Virus record (IMG/VR): IMGVR_UViG_3300020151_000364
Location: 1 to 36,538 of that record
Strand: one strand, 5' to 3'
From: a virus
Lineage: Duplodnaviria > Caudoviricetes
DNA length: 36,538 bases
Shown here: positions 1 through 8,849 of the stretch, piece after piece
Layout: the number at the start of each line of letters is the position of its first letter
Position numbering within the stretch: the first letter of the stretch is position 1
The notes under the pieces: model-generated
What the model saw: the letters and a program-made list of their open reading frames with translations, nothing else
What the model was told of the DNA's origin: nothing
Databases searched by the model: none
Made by a program: the position numbers and the translations under genes

Positions 1-488
1 CTGGAGCCACGGGAGCGACTGGTCCTGCTTCCGCCGCATTGGATGATATTGGTGATGTCACAATTACATCTGCCACAACAGGAAACTTGGTGCAGTGGAA
101 TGGTACTGCGTGGGTGAATAGTTCTTCTCCTGCTGTTGGAACCACAACAACTGGCACTAGCGGATTTGGGTATATGGGGTTGCCACAAAACGCTTCTACC
201 ACAGGTGCTTATGGGGTTGTAGCCGCCGATGCTGGAACACACATTTATTCAAGTGCAACTCGCACAATAACCCTTCCAGCCAATGGAACAATAGCAATGC
301 CCGTTGGCTCAACCGTTGTATTTATTGCTGGCACAGGAGCAACAGTTACTATTGCAATAACAACGGACACAATGTATTTGGCTGGTGCTGGAACAACTGG
401 TTCCAGAACTCTTGCGGCGTTTGGTATGGCAACTGCTGTAAAAATAACTTCAACATCATGGATAATTAGTGGTAATGGTCTTACCTAA
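1..488 (+). CDS. Tail fibre/virion appendage protein, C-terminal part (5' truncated by window)
   Basis: The frame is open from nt 3 and reads GATGATGPASAALDDIGDV (collagen-like G-X-Y end, then an LDDIGDV...LVQWNGTAWVN fibre repeat). Its stop overlaps the next ATG (TAATG). Confidence 0.7.
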   Translation, partial: GATGATGPASAALDDIGDVTITSATTGNLVQWNGTAWVNSSSPAVGTTTTGTSGFGYMGLPQNASTTGAYGVVAADAGTHIYSSATRTITLPANGTIAMPVGSTVVFIAGTGATVTIAITTDTMYLAGAGTTGSRTLAAFGMATAVKITSTSWIISGNGLT

Positions 489-1801
489 TGACTGGTGTAC
501 TTTCAGGAATAATTGGAAGCATAAAAGGCGGCTCTCCCCCTAAAACTGCTCCAACATCATTAAGTGCTATTGCCACTAGCACAAACGTTGCTATTTCTTT
601 TACTGCCCCATCGGATAATGGTGGTTCAGCAATCACAAACTACGAGTATTCGTTTAACAATTCATCTTGGACTGCATTGAGTCCTGCTGATGCGGTTAGC
701 CCTATAACAGTTAGTGGTTTAACACAAAGCACTGCGTACAATATTTATTTGAGAGCAGTAAATATTAATGGTTCAGGTCCTGCTTCAAGTGCTGTTTCAT
801 TTACAACACAAGGTGTTCCTACATCAACAATCGGTGCAACAACCAACTTTACGGAAAGCCGTGCAGTTTTTAACGCCACTATTAACGGTAACCTAGCCAC
901 CACAACGGTTTCATTTCAATACAGCACTGCTTCTAACTTTAGTTCTTTTACTTCAATAGCGGGTTCTGGCTCTGGGACTGGTTCTTTTTCTTCTAGTGCA
1001 ACTGTTACTGGTCTAGCGGTCAACACAACTTATTATGTTCGTGCTGTAGCCACAAATAGTGTTGGTTCTACTACCAGTGGTTCTACTTCATTCCTTACTT
1101 GGCATTTGATTCAATGGGCTAATGGAACTCCTGGTACTTATTACTTGACTGTTCCTACTGTTCCTGGTGTTAACCCTGCTCCTCTGGTTAATGCTTTGTT
1201 TGTTTCTGGAGGCGGAGGCGGAGGCGGCGGCAATAGCGATGTTGACGAAGGCGGCGGAGGCGGCGCTGGCGGCTATGCCTACACTGCTTCTACGCCTTTT
1301 AACGGTCCTAGTGGTGCGTTGACTATCCGAGTTGGTGGCGGCGGCGCTGGTGGTGGTATTGGCGCACAAGGTGGCGGTGGAGGATGGTCATATTTGGATG
1401 GACCAAACATGACATTCCAAGGTTCTATAGGTGGAGAAGGAGGATTTAGTGGCACTAATCCTCGTGGTGGTAATGTTGGTGCTGGAAGCAACCCTGCGTA
1501 TACGGGCGGAGCAGGTTTTTCTGAAGTAATATTTAAATCAACATTTTATGTTGGTGGTGGCGGTGCTGGAGTAAACGGTAATGGTGGCGCACCATATGTC
1601 CCTGCTGGCTCAACATTTTATGTAGGTGGTAATGGTGGCCCTGGCGGAACTATTGCTATTCCTTTTGGTGCTGGTGGCGGTGGTGGTAGCGGTAGCGTTG
1701 GCACAGGCGGCGGATACGGTAACGGCGGGCAAGGTGGCAATGGTGCCGCAGGTGCCGCAGGTGCTGGCGGTGCAGTAATTTTTAACTACTACGGACCTTA
1801 A
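488..1801 (+). CDS. FN3-domain, glycine-rich virion protein (fibre/adhesin-like)
   Basis: Two FN3-like units (APTSLSA...FTAPSDNGGSAITNYEYS...GLTQSTAYNIYLRAVN; GLAVNTTYYVRAVATNSVG) and a C-terminal Gly-rich domain (VSGGGGGGGG...GGAVIFNY). Confidence 0.8.
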   Translation: MTGVLSGIIGSIKGGSPPKTAPTSLSAIATSTNVAISFTAPSDNGGSAITNYEYSFNNSSWTALSPADAVSPITVSGLTQSTAYNIYLRAVNINGSGPASSAVSFTTQGVPTSTIGATTNFTESRAVFNATINGNLATTTVSFQYSTASNFSSFTSIAGSGSGTGSFSSSATVTGLAVNTTYYVRAVATNSVGSTTSGSTSFLTWHLIQWANGTPGTYYLTVPTVPGVNPAPLVNALFVSGGGGGGGGNSDVDEGGGGGAGGYAYTASTPFNGPSGALTIRVGGGGAGGGIGAQGGGGGWSYLDGPNMTFQGSIGGEGGFSGTNPRGGNVGAGSNPAYTGGAGFSEVIFKSTFYVGGGGAGVNGNGGAPYVPAGSTFYVGGNGGPGGTIAIPFGAGGGGGSGSVGTGGGYGNGGQGGNGAAGAAGAGGAVIFNYYGP

Positions 1802-1810
1802 AGGGAAACA

Positions 1811-2902
1811 ATGGAAGCAACAACATACAGCATTAATGATTTACAAAACCGTAAATTGTTTTACATGATGGACAACATCACAGATGAATCTGTGCAGTTG
1901 TTTCGCAGAACACCAGCAGGTGATGAAGAATTTACACAGTATTCCCTGCATTACATGCCTGATGGCAAACTACTTATAGCGTTTTATGATTACTGGTCAA
2001 TGCATGCAGTCCACAGTCTTGTGGCTAAATGTGGTGACACAGAAGAGTTGGTCAATACTCAACCTTTTGAACGTATAATCCCATACTGGAACCCTGGATT
2101 GGATTACAAAGACCGTGGTGGATTTTTCTTTTTAAACTCAAAACCCATATATACAGATGTCAATGACTGGCGTTGCGACAACACTTTTTATGGTCCTGAA
2201 CGTTATATTGCTCCAGGAGCATCACCTTTATTTGGCGAATTTAAAGCAGATGACATCATTGTGTATGAACCTATCATTAATATGAATGGTACAGCAACAT
2301 TGTGTTTTGTTCATTTTAAAAACGATGAACACATGAGAGATTATGTTGTGAACGCTGATGTTATTCCTAGTTGTGGTGTAACCCTGTCTGAAATGTTTAG
2401 ATTATTAATTGAATGGGCTACATTGGCTGATGAACCCTTTAATAGCACCGAACCAATAGTGCTTGACGCTAAAGAATTCCTTAACCAAATAGAATTTGAT
2501 GGTTCATTGGTTGCTGACCAAACCAACATGCAAGTGGCACAGTTCTTCTTGGGCAACACCGATGCCCGTAGACGACCTGCTGATGTTGTTGACACTAATC
2601 AAAGGTTGCTTGATTTTGTTAAACAAAAAATGGCTCATATGTCTTTGGCTAGTTTGTTGTCTTGCTACCCCGAATATACCAATTTATCTGCTGAAATTCA
2701 ATTTGATATTGAATCAGCAGACAAGCAGTTCGTTGACTATTTGGGTGGGCTTCAGATTGAAGGAGATTTTACGTTGGGTAATTGGGAAGATGCTTTGGAT
2801 TTTCTACCAGAACGCCTTGTCCACGCATCAAGTCTTTTTGTACTTAGGTGGGGTTGCTTAAAGCGACAAAAAGACTTGGCTATATCCCTACAAACCCCAT
2901 AA
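1811..2902 (+). CDS. Hypothetical protein (363 aa, acidic)
   Basis: Long ORF in operon orientation with purine-rich AAGGGA upstream; no motif recognised. Confidence 0.75.
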   Translation: MEATTYSINDLQNRKLFYMMDNITDESVQLFRRTPAGDEEFTQYSLHYMPDGKLLIAFYDYWSMHAVHSLVAKCGDTEELVNTQPFERIIPYWNPGLDYKDRGGFFFLNSKPIYTDVNDWRCDNTFYGPERYIAPGASPLFGEFKADDIIVYEPIINMNGTATLCFVHFKNDEHMRDYVVNADVIPSCGVTLSEMFRLLIEWATLADEPFNSTEPIVLDAKEFLNQIEFDGSLVADQTNMQVAQFFLGNTDARRRPADVVDTNQRLLDFVKQKMAHMSLASLLSCYPEYTNLSAEIQFDIESADKQFVDYLGGLQIEGDFTLGNWEDALDFLPERLVHASSLFVLRWGCLKRQKDLAISLQTP

Positions 2903-2947
2903 TGCAATATAAATATGTATACTTGCAATACAATAGAGGAGCCTTAA

Positions 2948-3088
2948 ATGGAACTACAAACTGACGAACTTATCAATGGCCTACTTGAAGAAATTCAACG
3001 CCTTACCCTTGAAAACATTGCTTACAAAGCAGCAGCAAAGCGCATGCAAGTAATCCCAATGGGCGAAACGCCCGACACAGAAGAATAA
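2948..3088 (+). CDS. Small hypothetical protein (46 aa, not in ORF track)
   Basis: GAGGAG RBS, ATG at 2948, MELQTDELINGLLEEIQRLTLENIAYKAAAKRMQVIPMGETPDTEE. TAA at 3086-3088 abuts the next ATG. Coiled-coil-like. Confidence 0.75.
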   Translation: MELQTDELINGLLEEIQRLTLENIAYKAAAKRMQVIPMGETPDTEE

Positions 3089-4306
3089 ATGCACAGTCAA
3101 CACCCAATCCATAGGGCACTTGTTACCTTTTCTAATAGCGCCACGGGAGAAGTCCGTGTCAAGATTCCTACTATTTTAGGAATTGACTCAGAAGTAGCCC
3201 TATCCTACATTGGACGCAAAGCGCCTTGGGTAGTACCTGCTGTAGGCGACCAGATAGTTGTAACGTCAGATGACGCTAACTTAACCAATGTTTTTTGGCT
3301 TCAAACAGATAGTCCTACAAGTACCTCAAGTCCTATAAGTGGTGTTACTTCTAATGTTGCTGGCACTGGTATTTCCGTATCAGGGTCTACTGGTGCTGTA
3401 ACAATAGCCAACACAGGAGTTACTTCGTTTACTTCTTCATCTGGTTTGAGCACTAACACTTCTGCTACTGGTGCGGTATCTGTAACTAACACAGGAGTTA
3501 CTTCTATTGCCGTTGGTTCTGCTGGTTTGTCAAGGTCAGGTGCTACAGGTGCTGTTACTTTAACTAATACTGGTGTTACTTCCTTAACTGGTGGAACTGG
3601 TGTAAGCCTCAATACCTCTACAGGTGCAGTAACTGCAAGTATTGGGCAATCAGTTGCCACCACAGCGACTCCAACTTTTGGCAACATAACTGCATCTGGT
3701 TCTGGCGATACAAGCATAAAAATCAACTCAACTAGTGGTTACGCAATTCAGTATTTTTCAATAAATGGGACTAACAGATGGCACTATGAAGTTACCCCCT
3801 CTTATCAGTCATGGGCGCTTGTTGAATCAGGGGTAGCCCAAAGAATGACAGTAAATGCTAGTACGGGTAATACCTCCGTTACTGGCGCAGTTACTGCTTC
3901 TGGAGCACCATCAGTCCTGGCTTTTCGTGGTTCCGACTTGTCCTACAATAATGGAGCACAGAACGTTCCAATAGTTTATAACACCACTTCGTATAACGTT
4001 GGGTCATGTTACAACACTTCTAACGGTTTATTTACTGCACCACATACGGGGGACTACGCTGTTTCAATTGGCGTCTATAGCGCTGGTGGTTCTGATGTTA
4101 GCCAGTTGTGGACTGTAGTAAATGGTGGACGAGGTACAAGTTTTGCTTTATCTCCGCCTAGTGGTACTTCAAACTTGGCTGGTGCGGGTATTATTCGTTT
4201 AACTGCTGGAGACACTTTTGGTATGGCGGCTTGGTTTGGTGGGGCAACAGCAACTATTACCGCTAATAATTTGCATACTTTTTTAAGAATTAGATATATA
4301 GGTTAG
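3089..4306 (+). CDS. Gp5/gpV-type spike OB-fold fused to fibre repeats and a C-terminal C1q-like domain
   Basis: The N-terminus HRALV...GEVRVKIP..LG...VPAVGDQIVV...VFWL resembles the Gp5/VgrG OB-fold pattern. TGAVTxxNTGVTS repeats follow. The C-terminus YNTSNGLFTAPHTGDYAVS...RLTAGD is C1q-like. Confidence 0.7.
   Translation: MHSQHPIHRALVTFSNSATGEVRVKIPTILGIDSEVALSYIGRKAPWVVPAVGDQIVVTSDDANLTNVFWLQTDSPTSTSSPISGVTSNVAGTGISVSGSTGAVTIANTGVTSFTSSSGLSTNTSATGAVSVTNTGVTSIAVGSAGLSRSGATGAVTLTNTGVTSLTGGTGVSLNTSTGAVTASIGQSVATTATPTFGNITASGSGDTSIKINSTSGYAIQYFSINGTNRWHYEVTPSYQSWALVESGVAQRMTVNASTGNTSVTGAVTASGAPSVLAFRGSDLSYNNGAQNVPIVYNTTSYNVGSCYNTSNGLFTAPHTGDYAVSIGVYSAGGSDVSQLWTVVNGGRGTSFALSPPSGTSNLAGAGIIRLTAGDTFGMAAWFGGATATITANNLHTFLRIRYIG
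3341..3640 (+). repeat. Intragenic 75-78 bp (25-26 aa) degenerate tandem repeats in the fibre shaft
   Basis: aacacaggagttacttc at 3410 and 3488, aatactggtgttacttc at 3566, ggtgttacttc at 3341. Confidence 0.8.
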
Positions 4307-4313
4307 GAAAACC

Positions 4314-4583
4314 ATGAATACATTTATAGTCACCCTTACAAATGCAGAATTGAAAGCACTTTCTTTTGTTGCCGTAGACCCTCAAGACTGGATTGATAAC
4401 GTAGTGCATGAGCGTTGCCGTGTTGCTATGGAAGACATCTTTACAGCAGAGGTAGCACGTATGGTTGCCGACCCTAATACCACCTCAATTCCTGCTGACC
4501 GTGAGCAAGTTGTACTAGATGCCAACATTAAAAGCGCTAAAGAGCGCCACGATGAACAACCTTTGCCACCAGTTAACTCCTGA
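4314..4583 (+). CDS. Hypothetical protein, possibly fibre-associated/chaperone
   Basis: AGGA RBS; small helical protein directly after the fibre gene. Function inferred from position only. Confidence 0.7.
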   Translation: MNTFIVTLTNAELKALSFVAVDPQDWIDNVVHERCRVAMEDIFTAEVARMVADPNTTSIPADREQVVLDANIKSAKERHDEQPLPPVNS

Positions 4584-4595
4584 TAAACTATATCT

Positions 4596-5123
4596 ATGAC
4601 AAGAAAATACTCCTATTACCCCAGTTTTGACGGAAAAAAGGCACAGCCTGGAGCCGTAAAATTAGCCGAACTTTGTGCCAAGAGATACAAAGCCACCAAT
4701 ATGGGGATTTACTCTCCACGATTGATGCGTAACTCTCACACCGCAGGCAAGAAGATTGGTGACCCAGGCATGGAGAAGTTCCTATCAGTTCATGCCACAG
4801 GAGCCGCTGTAGACCTTGGGTACACAGACCGCAAGGTTGGCGTTGCTATGTGGGACTTCTTGTTGGCACACACCTTAGAACTAGGCATTGAAGAAATCCA
4901 CGACTACGCATTTGACAAAGATGTCAAGGATGGAAAGCCTGGTTTCGGAAGAGGCTTCAGGTGCTCAAGAGGCGAAAATTCTGCTGGGGTAAAGATTTTT
5001 ACCAAGGATGATAATGCTGGAAGTTTTGGGGGCAAGTGGTTGCATGTAGAACTTTCACCTGCCATGGCTAAAGACGCCGCAAAGTTTGAAGCCGCATGGC
5101 GAGCAATCCCTAAGCCTGAATAA
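4596..5123 (+). CDS. Peptidase M15-like Zn peptidase (putative endolysin)
   Basis: SVHATGAAVD (SxHxxGxAxD) plus downstream WLHVE; basic protein; no cell-wall-binding domain seen. Confidence 0.7.
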   Translation: MTRKYSYYPSFDGKKAQPGAVKLAELCAKRYKATNMGIYSPRLMRNSHTAGKKIGDPGMEKFLSVHATGAAVDLGYTDRKVGVAMWDFLLAHTLELGIEEIHDYAFDKDVKDGKPGFGRGFRCSRGENSAGVKIFTKDDNAGSFGGKWLHVELSPAMAKDAAKFEAAWRAIPKPE

Positions 5124-5137
5124 GGTAACATACAGGG

Positions 5138-5680
5138 ATGGCATTTGAAAAGGGTCACCCCTACTACCCACGTAACCCAAATTCACGAGGAAGTCAAAAA
5201 CTTCGTAAGGCTATGAAAGGTCTTTCCGAAGACCTCAGTAAACTAGGTGCTGGAGAATCCCTTAGTGATACTCCAATGCCATGGATTACAGGCGGTGAAC
5301 CGTCTGATAAAAACCGTCGCCTTGGTGATGAGATTGAAAAACAAAACCAAAAAGAAATGGATTTGTTTAAAACTCAAACGGTTATCTCCATTCCAGAACC
5401 TGAGTACTACAAAGGTCCTGAACTAAGTACTCGTGTAATTCGCCATCGTTTTGTCCCTAATAGGGCAACAGGTCTTACTGGTACTGCATATGTACAGTTT
5501 GGTGGAACACGTAAAAATGGCAAACGTAAAACTGAAGATATCTATGCGTATTATGACATGCCTCCGTCTGTATACTTAGATTTCTGTCAATCAGATTCAA
5601 AAGGGCAAACAATTGATGCATGGACTCGCAACTACCCCGACTACAGAAAACTTAATGACCCGTCTGTTTTCTCACTTTAA
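5138..5680 (+). CDS. KTSC-like domain protein with N-terminal extension
   Basis: YVQF...IYAYYDMPPSVYLDFCQSDSKG matches the KTSC pattern YxYxxVPxxVYxxFxxAxSKG. Confidence 0.65.
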   Translation: MAFEKGHPYYPRNPNSRGSQKLRKAMKGLSEDLSKLGAGESLSDTPMPWITGGEPSDKNRRLGDEIEKQNQKEMDLFKTQTVISIPEPEYYKGPELSTRVIRHRFVPNRATGLTGTAYVQFGGTRKNGKRKTEDIYAYYDMPPSVYLDFCQSDSKGQTIDAWTRNYPDYRKLNDPSVFSL

Positions 5681-6068
5681 AAAAGTAATACCATACTGGC
5701 CTTTAGTTGGTTTTATCCTTTCAGTAGCCTTCACTGTTTTTATAAGCCCATACTGGATTTTAGATGTAGCCCTATTTGGTTATTTTTTATTTAAAGACAC
5801 CATCAATAGCGTCCAGTCGGTAGGACCTGTGTATTGGATTACAAGGGATTACGATAAATCCCAGAAATTGTATGTTGGCTCTGGGTTTATGCGTGAAGTA
5901 GATGAACCTTGGCGCATTGGTAAAGGTCTTCAAATTTCTTTACACAAAAAATCGTTTCAAATAGGCTTGTGCAAGAAAACAAAATACAAGGACCAAGAGG
6001 AAGCAGAACTTGGGGTTTTGGGTGCTAGGTTTATGGACACTAGACCAACAGACATCGGAAATTGGTAA
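5655..6068 (+). CDS. Hypothetical membrane protein
   Basis: Hydrophobic N-terminal segments (WPLVGFILSVAFTVFISPYWILDVALFGYFLF). ATG 5655 preferred over the longer-overlap start at 5613. Confidence 0.65.
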   Translation: MTRLFSHFKKVIPYWPLVGFILSVAFTVFISPYWILDVALFGYFLFKDTINSVQSVGPVYWITRDYDKSQKLYVGSGFMREVDEPWRIGKGLQISLHKKSFQIGLCKKTKYKDQEEAELGVLGARFMDTRPTDIGNW

Positions 6069-6280
6069 TGCGTTTCTTCAATAAAGAACTTAAAGATAAA
6101 GCAGACAGTCGTGTATCCAAGATGGAAACACCAGCATTGGTGGGTTGGCTTGATAGTTCCATCATGAACTTTGGTCAATCATTTGATGAATGGCGCTTTA
6201 GAAATGGCAACAAAGAAACCGTAACTGAAGCCATTACTGCCATTAATTCCATTTGGGACGAATTAGAACGCCGTAGTTAG
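6068..6280 (+). CDS. Hypothetical protein
   Basis: TAATG stop/start coupling at 6066-6070; helical 70-aa protein immediately upstream of the terminase. Confidence 0.7.
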   Translation: MRFFNKELKDKADSRVSKMETPALVGWLDSSIMNFGQSFDEWRFRNGNKETVTEAITAINSIWDELERRS

Positions 6281-6294
6281 ACTATTATTGTATT

Positions 6295-7851
6295 GTGCTA
6301 ACAGAAGAAGAACAAACAGAACTACTTGCGGAAGAGATAGTAGAGGAACTTGACGAGACCTCTGCGGAATTCCTAGATAACCTTGTAAAAAGGTTGCTTG
6401 TATTTACCGAAGAGTTCTGCGACATAGAGTTCTTTCCTTATCAGGTACCTATTGCTTATCGCATTATTGAGTCCATTGTCTTAGGAGACGGTGAAGAACT
6501 AACAGTAGTGGCTACACGCCAGTCAGGTAAATCTGAAGTATTGTCAGCAGTTATGGCTGGCATGATGGTTATCTTGCCAAAGTTGGCTCCTATCTACCCA
6601 ACATGGTTAGGTAAGTTTTCTAAGGGTTTTTGGGTTGGAGTATTTGCACCAACCGAAGAACAGGCTGAAACCGTGTTTGGGCGTATCGTTTCAAAACTGT
6701 CAAGTGACCACGCTTTGGACTTTCTCCTTGACCCTGAAATTGATGACAAGGCGACATCGGGTGGTACTCGTGGTCGTGGTCGTATCATCACTCTGAAGCA
6801 CTCTGGGTCACTTTGTCGTATGCAGACCTGTAACCCCAAGGCAAAGATTGAGTCTAAGACCTATCATTTTGTACTTATTGACGAGGCTCAGGAAGCCGAT
6901 GAGTTTATGATTAACAAATCAATTAAACCCATGTTGGCGTTCAACAACGGTTCTATTTGTTTAACTGGTACGGCTAGTAGAAACAAATGTTATTTCTACA
7001 AAGCAATTCAATACAATAAGCGCCGTGCTGTAAGTGGTCGCAAGATTCGCCCATGCCATTTTGAGTATGACTACAAGACCGCATCAAAGTACAACGACAA
7101 CTACGGCAAATTCATTTCTAAAGAAAAACTGCGTATCGGTGAGGATTCAGACGAATTCCAGATGTCCTATGTAAACAAATGGATTCTTGAAAAAGGTATG
7201 TTTGTTACCGAAGAACGAATGGACCGTTTGTATGACCCTTCTATGGGTCTTGTTAAACAATGGTGGAGAACACCAGTTGTTATTGGCATTGACGTTGCTC
7301 GTGCAAATGACTCTACAGTTGTCACAGTTCTGTGGGTTGACTGGGACCACCCAGACCCTTTTGGCTTCTACGAGCACCGAATACTCAACTGGCTTGAGAT
7401 TAACAATGAAGAGTGGGAAACCCAGTACTTTGAAATAATTGACTTCATCCGTAACTATGACGTCCTACGCATGGGTGTAGACGCTCAAGGTGTTGGTGGT
7501 GCTGTAGCGGAACGTCTACAGGTTCTTCTTCCCGACATTGAGGTTCTTGCGGTGTCTTCTGACTCTAAGGCTCAGAATGAACGTTGGGTCCATTTAACGG
7601 AACTTATTCAGCGTGAGCAGTTGATTATTCCTGGGCACAGTAAGGCTCGCCGTAACCGTACTTGGAAGCGTTTTAACCAACAAATGGCAGACCTTGAAAA
7701 AGTATATAAAGGTCCGTACATGCTTGCCGCCGCCCCAAATGAAAAGGGAGCCTTTGACGACTACCCTGACTCTTTGGCTATTGCTTGCCACATGACCATT
7801 CAAGATACTATGCCTCAGATTATGATTAGCGAAAATCCGTTTTTCAGGTAG
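6295..7851 (+). CDS. terL: Terminase large subunit
   Basis: PYQ motif, Walker A ATRQSGKS, Walker B FVLIDEAQ, motif III LTGTA, nuclease IGIDVAR and DDYPDSL. Confidence 0.95.
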   Translation: MLTEEEQTELLAEEIVEELDETSAEFLDNLVKRLLVFTEEFCDIEFFPYQVPIAYRIIESIVLGDGEELTVVATRQSGKSEVLSAVMAGMMVILPKLAPIYPTWLGKFSKGFWVGVFAPTEEQAETVFGRIVSKLSSDHALDFLLDPEIDDKATSGGTRGRGRIITLKHSGSLCRMQTCNPKAKIESKTYHFVLIDEAQEADEFMINKSIKPMLAFNNGSICLTGTASRNKCYFYKAIQYNKRRAVSGRKIRPCHFEYDYKTASKYNDNYGKFISKEKLRIGEDSDEFQMSYVNKWILEKGMFVTEERMDRLYDPSMGLVKQWWRTPVVIGIDVARANDSTVVTVLWVDWDHPDPFGFYEHRILNWLEINNEEWETQYFEIIDFIRNYDVLRMGVDAQGVGGAVAERLQVLLPDIEVLAVSSDSKAQNERWVHLTELIQREQLIIPGHSKARRNRTWKRFNQQMADLEKVYKGPYMLAAAPNEKGAFDDYPDSLAIACHMTIQDTMPQIMISENPFFR

Positions 7852-7911
7852 ATGACCCTAAAGTAGTGTAAAGTGGTATTAAGTAAACCACATCCCTATT
7901 TGGAGGATTAA

Positions 7912-8310
7912 GTGACCGTATCACCAAACCCAATGTTCCCTGAAAAGGGAGTTAACGTTTTTGAGAGCAGTTTTGCTCCTAGTATCCCAATGAACAAAGG
8001 ACCTCTTCGTTTTGAAGAAGGTGTTGCAACAGACACCGATGTTCCTCATGACTTCGCTCAGGGTGCGTACATGGACACTCAGCCATATGGTCGTTCTAAC
8101 CACAACAACCCAGAGGCTTTCTACAAGCATGCAATGGACACCATGCGTGAACGTGCTCACGTAGGTTCTGCATCTTGGATTGAAGCCCCAACAGTCTTGT
8201 CAGACTTTGTACAGGGTGCCATGAGTGGCGATGCAATGCCTCAGTTTGAGTATGCCTACAACTCAGGCGCTCACATGAACCGTCCAAACCCAACTGTCGT
8301 AAACGACTAA
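7912..8310 (+). CDS. Hypothetical protein (possibly virion-associated)
   Basis: Strong GGAGG RBS with GTG start; codon style similar to the capsid genes; no motif recognised. Confidence 0.8.
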   Translation: MTVSPNPMFPEKGVNVFESSFAPSIPMNKGPLRFEEGVATDTDVPHDFAQGAYMDTQPYGRSNHNNPEAFYKHAMDTMRERAHVGSASWIEAPTVLSDFVQGAMSGDAMPQFEYAYNSGAHMNRPNPTVVND

Positions 8311-8313
8311 ATA

Positions 8314-8847
8314 ATGGACGCAGGCGCTCCACCAAGTGGTGCCCCTGTCACAGGAGACAGTGGTGATAACACCGCTGGGGATAGTGGAGAACAAGGTGTA
8401 CAGAGGGTAGGTCTACCTTCTATTACTTCATCAATCTCTGGGCTACCTATCTCTCCTGTATACGCAGGTGCATTAGGTACTTATAAATTTGACGTAGGGC
8501 GTTCTCGGAAATCGTCTTTCCATGCCTCCCGTCAGTCTTACACGTACTCTCAGGCTGAAGTACGTCACAAGTACGTCCCACAGCGCCGTGGTTCCCAAGC
8601 CCAAGTGGTTCAACAAAAGACCATGGAGGGTACGGGAGAGATATTCACCGACCCTATGGATGAATTTAAGCCTCAAGTGTTTAAAGAAGCCCGCCGTTCT
8701 ACGGACATTGGTAATGGTGCTGACGAGCACAAGCGCCGTGAGCCTGCTGGTAAATACCGTGGCGCTGGTAAAGAGGCGTACCGTCAAGATAACCGTGGTA
8801 ACTCAGAAACTTCTGTAAAGCGTCAACTACGCTATTCACAAGGATAA
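8314..8847 (+). CDS. Hypothetical low-complexity/basic protein
   Basis: Fills the gap exactly between neighbouring genes; G/S/R/Q-rich and likely disordered. Confidence 0.7.
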   Translation: MDAGAPPSGAPVTGDSGDNTAGDSGEQGVQRVGLPSITSSISGLPISPVYAGALGTYKFDVGRSRKSSFHASRQSYTYSQAEVRHKYVPQRRGSQAQVVQQKTMEGTGEIFTDPMDEFKPQVFKEARRSTDIGNGADEHKRREPAGKYRGAGKEAYRQDNRGNSETSVKRQLRYSQG

Positions 8848-8849
8848 CC

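Noticed and set aside
3341-4306. Diversity-generating retroelement target in the fibre gene
   Set aside because: No reverse transcriptase or adenine-variant template/variable repeat pair was seen; the repeats differ mainly at codon third positions.
6295-7851. Intein or intron in the terminase (also considered for portal and capsid)
   Set aside because: Lengths are ordinary, motifs are contiguous, and no splicing or homing-endonuclease motifs were seen.
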